Under the pieces are notes generated by a model that saw only the letters and a list, made by a program, of their open reading frames with translations, did no database searches and had not been told where the DNA came from. Positions 28,431-37,647 of a stretch of DNA of 64,000 nt are shown here, one piece after another. Position 1 is the first letter of the stretch. The number at the start of each line of letters is the position of its first letter. A program made the position numbers and the translations under genes. Source of the stretch: a virus; IMG/VR virus record IMGVR_UViG_3300025617_001208, positions 1 through 64,000 of that record. One strand, 5' to 3'.

Positions 28431-29512
28431 TTAAATTGCTCCGCAAACGGATCAAACTCAGTACCGCACTTTTGCGCACATACTCCTAACTTACCTTCTT
28501 TAACACTAGACAAATTCCAACTGTTTTTAATATCAGACAACAAAGATCCGTTCATAACATCTTGCAAGTCGTTGTCAATTACATCAATGCCTTCTTTGCC
28601 GCCTGCACGGTCAATAAAATCCCAAACTTGTTCTACGCGAGGATCTGGATGCCACCATTTGTACATACGTCCAGCAGTCCAACAACAGGGCATCATCAGC
28701 CCTTCTGCTGTAATAAAAATATTACCTTCTTCTGCAACTTTACATTTAATACTACATGTATCGTAGTAATCCTTCATACTACCATATTCTTTGGTAATTT
28801 GTTTTTCTTTTAACAATGCAATATTAATGTTTTCTTTTTTCTTAGGCTTTGCTAAGTTTTGTGTATCCTCGCCTTTGCGGTTTTTTGCTTGGTGTGTTTC
28901 TTTACCTGTTAACTTAGCAGTACTGTAGAATCTGCCGGTCTTCTTTTTAATAAATTTTTCACATCCCCAAGAATTAGCAAGTGCTTCTGCTTCATCTACT
29001 TGGTGTTCGTTATGCGCAAAAATAATGTAATCCCAACGAGCTCTGCCGCCGGCGTCAATAAACGCTCGCATGTTGCGTTCTACATTGTCCCATACTACTC
29101 CTTGTCGATACAAATGATTCGTATTGCTAAGACCGTCCACACTAAAAATAACAGCGCCCATTCTTCCAAAGACATGGGCTAACTCGGTCCACCATTTAAC
29201 ATCTTTCGCTCCTGCGTTTGTATTCATGCTTAACCACATGTTTGGATTGTGCTCTCTAAAGTAACGAAATATTTCTAGTGTGTCTCTTGCAACAATAGGA
29301 TCACCTAAATTACCACACATAAACATTGTTTTTAATTGTGCAATAAATTCTGGTTTAAATATACGTTTACAATCTTCTAAACTTAATTCTGCATTAGTAA
29401 TATGAGGATTATCAGCACCGCCATTCATATTACGATCGCACATAGGACACGCTGCTTGGCAGCGTTGTGTTACTTCTAGGTGTACTGTTTTAATATCTTC
29501 ATATCTATACAT
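28427..29512 (-). CDS. radical SAM protein with C-terminal twitch domain
   Basis: CQAACPMC, CGNLGDP, SVDG; C-term C...PCC...CAQKC. Start moved to ATG 29512 (TAATG). Confidence 0.9.
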   Translation of the reverse strand: MYRYEDIKTVHLEVTQRCQAACPMCDRNMNGGADNPHITNAELSLEDCKRIFKPEFIAQLKTMFMCGNLGDPIVARDTLEIFRYFREHNPNMWLSMNTNAGAKDVKWWTELAHVFGRMGAVIFSVDGLSNTNHLYRQGVVWDNVERNMRAFIDAGGRARWDYIIFAHNEHQVDEAEALANSWGCEKFIKKKTGRFYSTAKLTGKETHQAKNRKGEDTQNLAKPKKKENINIALLKEKQITKEYGSMKDYYDTCSIKCKVAEEGNIFITAEGLMMPCCWTAGRMYKWWHPDPRVEQVWDFIDRAGGKEGIDVIDNDLQDVMNGSLLSDIKNSWNLSSVKEGKLGVCAQKCGTEFDPFAEQFK

Positions 29513-29865
29513 TATTCGTCCCAATACATTTTGTTATTTTTTTGATAAAAATATTCTTTTTCTAATTCTAACATATCATCATATGTTAGTCTATGATGAA
29601 ATGTACTCCATCCTATACTTACACTAAAACGCACATAAGGATTAACTTTACGTTCAGGACGTGGGCCGTGTTTTTTGTATTCAACAAAAATGTATCCACC
29701 TTCAAAGGCAAATTCGATTCCTGTTTTCCACTTTTGTAAAATAGATTCAAACTCATTTTGTTTAAAACGATATCCGTTTACAAGTGTGTCATTTACTTTA
29801 ATGCTAACATCTACTCTATCTTGATTTTTAAATAGATAAGTTTTTATAGGTTTTGTAAATTTCAT
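29512..29865 (-). CDS. hypothetical protein
   Basis: 117 aa, coupled on both sides. Confidence 0.75.
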   Translation of the reverse strand: MKFTKPIKTYLFKNQDRVDVSIKVNDTLVNGYRFKQNEFESILQKWKTGIEFAFEGGYIFVEYKKHGPRPERKVNPYVRFSVSIGWSTFHHRLTYDDMLELEKEYFYQKNNKMYWDE

Positions 29866-30083
29866 TCCATAACCAACTTTACTTTTTTACCAGGGCCTGT
29901 TTGACTAGGTAAATCTCCGTATTCATCAATATACCATTGTATAACTGCTTTGTACCATTGCTGGCTGTTGTGGTGTGCTTGTTTGTTAAACTGCCAAATG
30001 TTATTATTAGTGGCTTGCATTGTACTCAATGCTCTTGCACTTTCTTTTTGCAGTTGTCTTAAACTTAAATCATCTAAATCCAT
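29862..30083 (-). CDS. small hypothetical protein
   Basis: 73 aa, TAATG and ATGA coupling on both sides. Confidence 0.75.
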   Translation of the reverse strand: MDLDDLSLRQLQKESARALSTMQATNNNIWQFNKQAHHNSQQWYKAVIQWYIDEYGDLPSQTGPGKKVKLVME

Positions 30084-30970
30084 TAAGGTCTTCCAATTAC
30101 CATAAAACGTTTGTATCCAAATAGTTCTTGTTCACCTGCATATTCAAGTCTACTCATTGGAAACTTTTTAATCATATGATCAATACTGTGTACACAGTTT
30201 ACATGTTCTTCTACATCAAACAAGTTGTTGCTTTGAATTACAAACAATGGGTCACTTTCCATTGGGCGATTTGCAAACTTTTGATACCACGTACTAGGCA
30301 TGTGTTCGGCACTTGTATTAAACACTAAACTTGGTTGTGTTTTTTCAAATATTTCTTTGTCAGTTGTATAATTTTTAACATTATAAGTACACCCTGTTCT
30401 GCTGACCCATTCCATGTTTTTATCTAAATCGCTGCTACTTGCCATTGGTAGTTTCATTTCAACAGATTTTACTTTATAGCCTTCAATGCGCTGTGCGTTA
30501 AAAATCTTATCACTAACGTAACATGCCTCAGGATCAACGTCAAACACTCTCATTTTATTATATTGTATAACTTGCTCAAGGAACAACCGTATCTGTCCGT
30601 ACCATCCACCAAGTACGTACACAGTATCAAATTCTTTTTGTATTTTTGCAAGTTCTTCCATTGCCCATATTTTACTATTTACTTGCCCTCTACTAAATGC
30701 ATCTTGTAGGAAAATAGGATTATAGTTATTTCTATAATACTTGTCAAATATATCAAAAATATCATTAGTTGTTTGTTTCTTTAAAAAATGCAAAAATTCT
30801 GCAATGTTAAGATCCAATGATAAATTTATCATATTGTCCTTTGAGTACACCATTGATAAGAAAAAGTCAACAAGCATTTTTGATTCTTTATCGTTGACAA
30901 AATCAAAATATTCTTGTAAGCCGTGCAACCAGCTTATATTATCTACTGCAATTTCATTATTTACATTCAT
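30083..30970 (-). CDS. class I SAM-dependent methyltransferase-like protein
   Basis: VYVLGGWYG (motif I), VFDVDP (motif II), NTSAEHM. Confidence 0.7.
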   Translation of the reverse strand: MNVNNEIAVDNISWLHGLQEYFDFVNDKESKMLVDFFLSMVYSKDNMINLSLDLNIAEFLHFLKKQTTNDIFDIFDKYYRNNYNPIFLQDAFSRGQVNSKIWAMEELAKIQKEFDTVYVLGGWYGQIRLFLEQVIQYNKMRVFDVDPEACYVSDKIFNAQRIEGYKVKSVEMKLPMASSSDLDKNMEWVSRTGCTYNVKNYTTDKEIFEKTQPSLVFNTSAEHMPSTWYQKFANRPMESDPLFVIQSNNLFDVEEHVNCVHSIDHMIKKFPMSRLEYAGEQELFGYKRFMVIGRP

Positions 30971-31988
30971 TAGCAAATCTCTCTTCTAACCAATCAAAGT
31001 CATTAATATTTCTTAATTGTTCACTGTTGTGTTTATTACGAGCACCAAACATTGCTCCTGACTTTGCACCCTGGAATGCATAATCAGCAAAGTCTCCTGT
31101 ACCTTTTGTACACCAAGTAACAAGACGTTGTTGTGTTTCGTTGTCTTTTTGTCTGTCTATTACACGACTACTTAGCTTTGCACATTCTCTAAATGCACTT
31201 TTCCATGTATTAAAAGGATCAGTGTTAAATCCAGTAATGTTGCTTACTTGCATCATTGCTACAAATTTGTTACTAATACTTGTGGTCATATCAGGTTTAC
31301 TTGTGTCCATATTAATTGTTTCTTCTCTTGGAAACAACTTTACTCCGCCGTATCCATATTCAAGACCGTTTACCGGGTTAATACTGCGCCAAACGTGTAC
31401 TGCTTTACTATTCCACCATTCAGGTACATAGTCAAAATTAAAGTTATCAACTATTTCAGCATCACCGTCAACTATCCAGACTCTGTCAGTTGTGCAAAGT
31501 TTTGCAGCTTCGATGTGTGCCTGGTGTATTCCTTTTACTCCGTGTACACGTTTAGCTCGTGGAAATCTCTTTAACAAACTTTGATAATTTTCATCAGCAT
31601 TGGGCTCTTGATAACTGATAAAAACTATATCACTTGTTTCACTTAAAGGTGTACTTGCACAAATATCTGTAAACTTTTTGTTAATATAAAATCTAGCAGC
31701 AAGTTCTCCTGGTCCGTGATGACTTTCTTTTGGCATAAGTGCTATACCATCGTAATTGCTACTATTTAAAAATACATGTGTATACTGCATATCAGCCGGC
31801 TTAGATTTATATGTAAAGTCCCAATCGCTATTAAGTTCCAGTTCTGGATATACAATCCACAACATCTTTGTGTTTGCTTGGGACTTTGCCGAAACAACGG
31901 ATTCTGCTGTTTTAGCAGTTATAAATTCTTCTTTCAATTTTAGGTATTGGGGGTGATCTTTTGATCCAATAAAATAAATATCATACAT
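30957..31988 (-). CDS. glycosyltransferase-like protein (GT-A, DxD) with duplicated N-terminal half
   Basis: FISYQEPNA...RVHGVKGI..AH...WIVDGD...YGYGGVKL; paralog of 39688-40608. Confidence 0.7.
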   Translation of the reverse strand: MYDIYFIGSKDHPQYLKLKEEFITAKTAESVVSAKSQANTKMLWIVYPELELNSDWDFTYKSKPADMQYTHVFLNSSNYDGIALMPKESHHGPGELAARFYINKKFTDICASTPLSETSDIVFISYQEPNADENYQSLLKRFPRAKRVHGVKGIHQAHIEAAKLCTTDRVWIVDGDAEIVDNFNFDYVPEWWNSKAVHVWRSINPVNGLEYGYGGVKLFPREETINMDTSKPDMTTSISNKFVAMMQVSNITGFNTDPFNTWKSAFRECAKLSSRVIDRQKDNETQQRLVTWCTKGTGDFADYAFQGAKSGAMFGARNKHNSEQLRNINDFDWLEERFANECK

Positions 31989-31994
31989 AGTTTA

Positions 31995-32040
31995 ATTATT
32001 ACACATATTTGTGTTCCTGTCAACTATTTAATGATAAATA
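31995..32040. promoter_or_regulatory. divergent promoter region (sigma70-like on -, TAAATA motifs on both strands)
   Basis: Minus strand TTGACA(32023-18)-17 nt-AATAAT-6 nt-ATG; TATTTA(32025-30) and GATAAATA(32033-40). Confidence 0.55.
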
Positions 32041-32076
32041 TCCTGTGTTCAACTATAATTGACAAATACAAAATTT

Positions 32077-33681
32077 ATGCCAGAAATTATTATTTTTAAT
32101 GATTGCAACGGGCCTTTAGGATTTGGAAGATATGCCGGCCCTTATCGTATTGCAACAGAACTTCGCGACAACGGATTTACTGTACAAGTAATCGAATTCT
32201 TTGGAGACATGAGTCCCAGCGAAGTCGAATCTGTGATTGATGCTAAGGTTACAAAAGAAACACTTTGGGTAGGATTTGCTAGTACATTACTAAGCCAACA
32301 TCTGTCTCACAAAGAAGAACTTGAAATGTGGCTTACTCCACCTATGGGCAATCCAGGGCAATTATCCGAAATTTGGGTAACTTTATTTCCGCATACCGAC
32401 AAACAGATGACTGGATTTTTAGACAAAATAAAAACAATAAATCCTAAATGTAAAATTGTGGTAGGTGGATACAAAGCACTTGTTAAAGAATTTACTGGGG
32501 TAGATTATTGGATTTTAGGACAAGGCGAAGAAGCTGCTATTGCTGTATCTAAACATTTAAAATACGGAACTGAACTTAACACTTTGCAAATTGAAGGCAG
32601 TAATGTTATTACAGATAAGATGTACGAATACAAAGATTTTAATAATAGCAAAATTAAATGGCATAAATCAGACTTATTAACACCCGGAGAACATTTACCA
32701 ATTGAAACTGCAAGAGGTTGCATTTTTAAATGTGCGTTTTGTGCATATAATTTAAACGGTAAAAAATTTGGTGATTACACTAAAAATGCATATACCCTTA
32801 GAGAAGAATTATTGTATAACTACGAACATTTCGGAACTACAGATTATATGGTATCTGATGACACCATAAACGATTCTTTAACAAAAGTACAGTACTTACA
32901 CAATGTAATAACAAGTTTGCCTTTTAAAATTAGTATTAGTGGATATCTACGTGTAGATATTATTGCTGCACAAACTGAAATGATTAGATTATTATACGAA
33001 ATGGGATTATCATCTGCAAATTTTGGTATTGAAACATTTAATAAAAAAGCAGGATCGTTAATCGGTAAAGGTGCAGATCCAGGATTAATTAAAGAAACAT
33101 TATTTAGATTGCAGGACGAATGGGGAGATGATGTCTTTACGTCTGGTAACTTTATTGTAGGATTACCTAGCGAAAGCAAAGAAAGTGTAAAAGAAACATT
33201 TGAGTGGTTACATAGACCGGACCTTCCGTTGCATGCAATAGGAGTAACTAGATTGTATGTAAAACAATATAATAGAAGCATTACGCCTGTTAACATTTCA
33301 GACGAGAATATGATAAAATACGGATTTAGAAAACTCGACGATGGATGGATGTATAATAATTCGTCAAAGATATTAGATGATTCAAAAAAATACGATATAG
33401 ATATAAATTATTTAGACGGCATGACATGGTCGTCTAACCATATGACAGCACAAGAGGCCGAACAACTAGTTAGCGATTTTTATAAAGATCCAAGAAATTC
33501 TCATAAAAAATTTAGTTTAACAGGATTCGTTGTTTATAATAGAATGCGAAATTTAGGATACACAAAAGAAAAAATAGCACACATGTGTAGTGATGATCCA
33601 AAAGTTGTAGTCGAAGCTGTAAATCTAAGGAGAAATTTAAAATCAGAATATATGCGAAAACTTCTGATAAATAAAGTGTAG
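32077..33681 (+). CDS. cobalamin (B12)-binding radical SAM protein (class B methyltransferase-like)
   Basis: N-term RYAGPYRIA.ELR..GF.VQV, VGFAST, KIVVGG, GQGE; ETARGCIFKCAFC; DDT; FGIET; FIVGLP.E. Confidence 0.9.
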   Translation: MPEIIIFNDCNGPLGFGRYAGPYRIATELRDNGFTVQVIEFFGDMSPSEVESVIDAKVTKETLWVGFASTLLSQHLSHKEELEMWLTPPMGNPGQLSEIWVTLFPHTDKQMTGFLDKIKTINPKCKIVVGGYKALVKEFTGVDYWILGQGEEAAIAVSKHLKYGTELNTLQIEGSNVITDKMYEYKDFNNSKIKWHKSDLLTPGEHLPIETARGCIFKCAFCAYNLNGKKFGDYTKNAYTLREELLYNYEHFGTTDYMVSDDTINDSLTKVQYLHNVITSLPFKISISGYLRVDIIAAQTEMIRLLYEMGLSSANFGIETFNKKAGSLIGKGADPGLIKETLFRLQDEWGDDVFTSGNFIVGLPSESKESVKETFEWLHRPDLPLHAIGVTRLYVKQYNRSITPVNISDENMIKYGFRKLDDGWMYNNSSKILDDSKKYDIDINYLDGMTWSSNHMTAQEAEQLVSDFYKDPRNSHKKFSLTGFVVYNRMRNLGYTKEKIAHMCSDDPKVVVEAVNLRRNLKSEYMRKLLINKV

Positions 33682-33690
33682 GAGAAAAGA

Positions 33691-35019
33691 ATGAGTGATA
33701 TTTTACCCGGTGATACAGTTAGATTAACTATTACAGGAAACGATAGTTCTATTTTGGTTGATAGTTGGAACAGTGCAATTAGAGGCCCTGTTGTAGGAAG
33801 TAATGGCACTACTTTAGTAGATACTGTTAGCAATTTACTATTGGGTAAATTAGAAGGCGAACTAGCTGGTAATGTGTTATCATCAAACGGAAGCATTGTT
33901 TTAAATCCAGGTATTAATGGAACTGACGCTGTTTTTATTGGAGATGTTACAGGCGATCTAGTTGGCGAAGTGTTTGGAGATGTAACTGGTAATATCATCG
34001 GAGATGTTTTAGACGAAAACGAAAACATAATACTAGATGCTACAAATAGAACTCTTACAGTAAACACAATTACTACAGAAAATATTGTGTTATCAAATGA
34101 TTTAACAGTAAATTCATTAGTTGCAGGCGAGATTACAACTGGTAATCTTATTGGAAGTCTATTAGGCGATTCTGTTGGAATGCACACCGGCGAAGTGTTT
34201 GGAGATGTAACTGGTAATGTAACTGGAGATATTACAGGAAACGTTTTAGATGGCGATGGTATAATCGTTGTAGACACTGGTGATGATGTTGCAGTTTTTA
34301 CAGGCGATCTAGTTGGCACAGTGTTTGGAGATGTAACCGGTAATCTCAATGGTAACGTGACTGGTGAGGTATATGGCAACGTAACAGGTAACGTGACTGG
34401 CGATCTAATAGGAAATCTAAAAGGTAGAGTTTGGAATCAAGATGGCACAAAGATAGGATTGGATGTGCAAGAAGATGGTGCTGTTTCAATTGCTAGTAAC
34501 AACAACGGTACTTTAGTATTTGGCAATAACAACGACACTTTAACTATTACATCTAATTATAGAGAATCTAACGATTTTGTGGTTGTTCCTCATCCAAGCG
34601 CAAAGGCATCATCTCGTATGCATTATCATAGATTAGACGATAACGGAAGAGCATCAGTAAATCCAGGTGATATATTAGATTTTAAATCAATTATTGCATA
34701 CAACGGAAGCGATTATAAAACAGCAGGACATTGGGGATATGCAGTTGATCCAGAATGGACTGTAACAGATACATCGCAAAGTATCAGAACAATATTTGGA
34801 ATTAGTGTTGCAGACGGTACAAATCAACCAGATGTACTAGGTCCTAAAAAACTAAGTGTAAATCACGAAGGTATTGTAGGCGGATACGGATTCAAAGCAA
34901 ATCCAATAAGTAGTACCGAACGTAATAATCTAACTGCCACAGCAGGAATGATTATCTTTAACAGTAGTACAAATAAGTTTCAAGGATATAATGGCAGTTC
35001 TTGGGTTGACTTAGGATAA
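33691..35019 (+). CDS. tail fibre-like virion protein with G-(D/N/E)-V-(T/F) repeats
   Basis: SD AGGAG; GATAAATA at 33666-73; C-term ERNNL...GMIIFNSSTNKFQGYNGSSWVDL shared with 6055-7536. Confidence 0.75.
   Translation: MSDILPGDTVRLTITGNDSSILVDSWNSAIRGPVVGSNGTTLVDTVSNLLLGKLEGELAGNVLSSNGSIVLNPGINGTDAVFIGDVTGDLVGEVFGDVTGNIIGDVLDENENIILDATNRTLTVNTITTENIVLSNDLTVNSLVAGEITTGNLIGSLLGDSVGMHTGEVFGDVTGNVTGDITGNVLDGDGIIVVDTGDDVAVFTGDLVGTVFGDVTGNLNGNVTGEVYGNVTGNVTGDLIGNLKGRVWNQDGTKIGLDVQEDGAVSIASNNNGTLVFGNNNDTLTITSNYRESNDFVVVPHPSAKASSRMHYHRLDDNGRASVNPGDILDFKSIIAYNGSDYKTAGHWGYAVDPEWTVTDTSQSIRTIFGISVADGTNQPDVLGPKKLSVNHEGIVGGYGFKANPISSTERNNLTATAGMIIFNSSTNKFQGYNGSSWVDLG
33947..34410 (+). repeat. intragenic coding repeats (GDVTGN-type tetrapeptide period)
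   Basis: Exact 30-nt repeat GGCGAAGTGTTTGGAGATGTAACTGGTAAT at 33964 and 34189; near-identical 47-nt copies at 33947 and 34298. Confidence 0.85.
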
Positions 35020-35034
35020 TTTTCATGCTATAGT
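35006..35034 (+). promoter_or_regulatory. sigma70-like promoter, probably leaderless transcript
   Basis: TTGACT-17 nt-TATAGT (TG extended)-6 nt-ATG(35041). Confidence 0.65.
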
Positions 35035-35040
35035 AAAAGC

Positions 35041-35688
35041 ATGAGTAAATTATATTTTGGTGTCGTTCCTTATGGCACATTAGCAGATGTTTTTATCAAC
35101 ACACTAGCAGGCTGGAGCGACAGATGGTTGCAACCATGTACTCCTATAATTAATACAAATGGCCACCTAATACATAAAAATCACGAAAAGTATGTGTTAG
35201 ATCTTACTAATAACAATCCTATGACATTTAGAGATATTGACTGGTCAAATAAGTTAGACAAAATTGAACAAGTTTTAGATAACGCCGGTGATCGTAAAGT
35301 TTGGATTGGAAACTTTGATAGTACCCAAGCAGATATTATTAAAAAACATTTTGATACAGATGTAACTACTATTGGCTTAACATATAATTTAGATAGCAGA
35401 GATACAATACTAGAAAACGTTTTAACATACTACGGAATTTCTGAAATAACTGATAAAGAAACATACTGCGTACAAATGCAGACTAGATACTACACAGATA
35501 AGGAAAAATGGAATAAACTTGTACCTAAAGAATTTTTTCCTTTTACCGACATTAGTATCAACATCAATAGTTTTTTTCATCCTGAAAACTATATACAACA
35601 GTTAGAGAGTCTAGACGGCAAACGTAATGAAAAACAACTAGAATATTATTTTACATGGTTATATAGAACAAAGGAGAGATGCAAATGA
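35041..35688 (+). CDS. hypothetical protein
   Basis: 215 aa ORF downstream of a promoter. Confidence 0.75.
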   Translation: MSKLYFGVVPYGTLADVFINTLAGWSDRWLQPCTPIINTNGHLIHKNHEKYVLDLTNNNPMTFRDIDWSNKLDKIEQVLDNAGDRKVWIGNFDSTQADIIKKHFDTDVTTIGLTYNLDSRDTILENVLTYYGISEITDKETYCVQMQTRYYTDKEKWNKLVPKEFFPFTDISININSFFHPENYIQQLESLDGKRNEKQLEYYFTWLYRTKERCK

Positions 35689-36746
35689 AAATAAGTAAAA
35701 TACCAGGATGCGGAAGATTTGGCGTTTTTGTCGACGGCATCGACTTTAACAATATTACCGAAGAAGAATGGATAGAGATAGGAAAGTTACATGTTAAAGA
35801 ACTTGTTACTATCATTAGGGATACTAAATTAGATCTAAACACATATCACCACTGGATTAAAAAATGGGGAAGAGACAGACTAACCATCCAAGGCATGTAT
35901 TTTGAAAAATACAAAGGATGGGACGGCAAAATCGAAACTGCGTTAGCTAGTCCTGACTGGTCTGACGAAGATAAGCAAAGTATTATAAATTATGTTCGTA
36001 TGCGCGAAGGTACTAGTAAAGAATCTGGTAACATTCTTCGTGTAAGTGGAAAAAAAGATAAAGATGGTAATCCAATAGGTATGTTTGCAGAAGGCGAGCT
36101 GCTATGGCACAGTAACGAAAGTGGCAATATTGCTTTTGCGCCAGGAGTTGCTCTTTTAGGATACCAAGGAACCACTGCGAGTGCTACAGGATTTTTAACT
36201 ACAGTAGATTATTATGAAAGTGTGAGCGAAAGTTTTCGTAGCGAACTAAACGAAATGATTCTCATACATAATTTTATTCCGGGACGTATTAATCCTGGAC
36301 TACGAAACTGGCAAGACTCTCTTATGTATAAAAATATGGCACCAGAACCAAACGCTGAAATTCCAATGGTTATACAAAGCCCAGGCGGTCATATAGGATT
36401 GCACTACAGTTTTAACACAGTAACCGGTATCAAAGGTATGAGTAAAGACGAAAGTGATAAACTACTTGCTCGTATTAGAAAAGAACTAGAAGTCGACAAA
36501 TACATATACGATCATTGGTACAAACAGGATGGCGATTTGTGTTTGTTTGACAACAGTATTACACAGCATAGGCGATTAGGCAGCACAGACAATAGATTGT
36601 GCTACAGATATCAATACGATTATACACACTTGCAAGAATCTCCGTGGATGCCTTATTTGCAAGAACCATATAAAACACAGTATACTAACAGAGTTGCACA
36701 AGTAGTTAACGCACTACAAATAAATGACTTTAAACTACCGGTATGA
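35685..36746 (+). CDS. TauD/TfdA-family dioxygenase
   Basis: FGVFVDGID, LVTIIRD, LLWHSNES, T.F.....YE, HW..DGDLCLFDNSITQHRR. Confidence 0.8.
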   Translation: MKISKIPGCGRFGVFVDGIDFNNITEEEWIEIGKLHVKELVTIIRDTKLDLNTYHHWIKKWGRDRLTIQGMYFEKYKGWDGKIETALASPDWSDEDKQSIINYVRMREGTSKESGNILRVSGKKDKDGNPIGMFAEGELLWHSNESGNIAFAPGVALLGYQGTTASATGFLTTVDYYESVSESFRSELNEMILIHNFIPGRINPGLRNWQDSLMYKNMAPEPNAEIPMVIQSPGGHIGLHYSFNTVTGIKGMSKDESDKLLARIRKELEVDKYIYDHWYKQDGDLCLFDNSITQHRRLGSTDNRLCYRYQYDYTHLQESPWMPYLQEPYKTQYTNRVAQVVNALQINDFKLPV

Positions 36747-37042
36747 AAAAATATATAGTTACATCCTGGATGATTTTTTTATGGATACTGATTTTTCCAG
36801 TTCCGATGCTAACAAAATATAGCAATTGTTGGTATTGGGCTTTATGGAAAAAAATTACCAAAGGTGGGCGCATGATTCCATATGCTAGTAAACGCTGGAG
36901 TGGACACCACTGGGTATGGAAAGATAAAGATGGCAAAACTTGGGAGTTTACAACAAAAAGAAAACTCCCAAAGTTTTCTCCATGGTGGACTTTGGTAGTT
37001 TATGACGGATACAGCAGACAGTTTAGGACTATAAACAAATGA
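36743..37042 (+). CDS. small Trp-rich membrane-anchored hypothetical protein
   Basis: Hydrophobic N-terminus; ATGA coupling on both sides. Confidence 0.7.
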   Translation: MKKYIVTSWMIFLWILIFPVPMLTKYSNCWYWALWKKITKGGRMIPYASKRWSGHHWVWKDKDGKTWEFTTKRKLPKFSPWWTLVVYDGYSRQFRTINK

Positions 37043-37647
37043 CAACGTGGAATCTCGAAATATACAACAAATCACAAGATTTAACAGAATTTTTTCTAGC
37101 AGCAAAAGAAAAAGGATTTTACAATAATAGCAGTATCAATATGCTGCACGATTACATTGACAAATCCGAAGAAACAAAAATGTGGTTATTAAGCAACAAC
37201 AACAGATATGTAGGCACTATTGTAAGCCATAGTTTAAATGAATTAGGAATTTTAGGCAACGGTGCTTGGAGGATTTGTGCTAGAATATGCGTTCTAAGTC
37301 ATTTAATCGAAGGACCTAGAAAACATTTGACGCTACGCAATGAATTACGAAATAAAACTCCACATGACCATGTAGGTGGACAATTTTTAATTCCTGCTTG
37401 TATAGAATATATAGGAAGAGATAAGCCTATGTACATTAGCACAAATGACAGTGTAGTAGGAAAACAACGAGCTGTTCACACAAGATGGGCGCCTGCTTGG
37501 AACAAATTAGGGTTTTTAGGCGACCCATTTGAAATCGAATATCGCGGTAAATTTCAAAAGTTTTGGAAGTTTAATGTAGATGCTTACTATAAACAAATGG
37601 CAACTGAACGCTGGCCCGAAGCAGAAGCAATATTACCTCTGTTTTAA
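37039..37647 (+). CDS. hypothetical protein, possible GNAT-fold
   Basis: Pattern WLL...YVG.....H...RICAR.CV...YIST...GF is compatible with GNAT topology. Confidence 0.5.
   Translation: MTTWNLEIYNKSQDLTEFFLAAKEKGFYNNSSINMLHDYIDKSEETKMWLLSNNNRYVGTIVSHSLNELGILGNGAWRICARICVLSHLIEGPRKHLTLRNELRNKTPHDHVGGQFLIPACIEYIGRDKPMYISTNDSVVGKQRAVHTRWAPAWNKLGFLGDPFEIEYRGKFQKFWKFNVDAYYKQMATERWPEAEAILPLF

Noticed and set aside
33534-34379. 281-aa antisense ORF with SPVT repeats
   Set aside because: Mirror of the GDVT repeat gene on the opposite strand; no RBS or promoter.
33947-34410. CRISPR array or DGR template/variable repeat
   Set aside because: The repeats are in-frame coding repeats with irregular spacing. 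There are no unique spacers, no adenine-specific mismatch pattern and no reverse transcriptase in the window.
35041-35688. Sulfotransferase/P-loop assignment
   Set aside because: Only a faint N-terminal resemblance; no convincing PAPS-binding or Walker motif.
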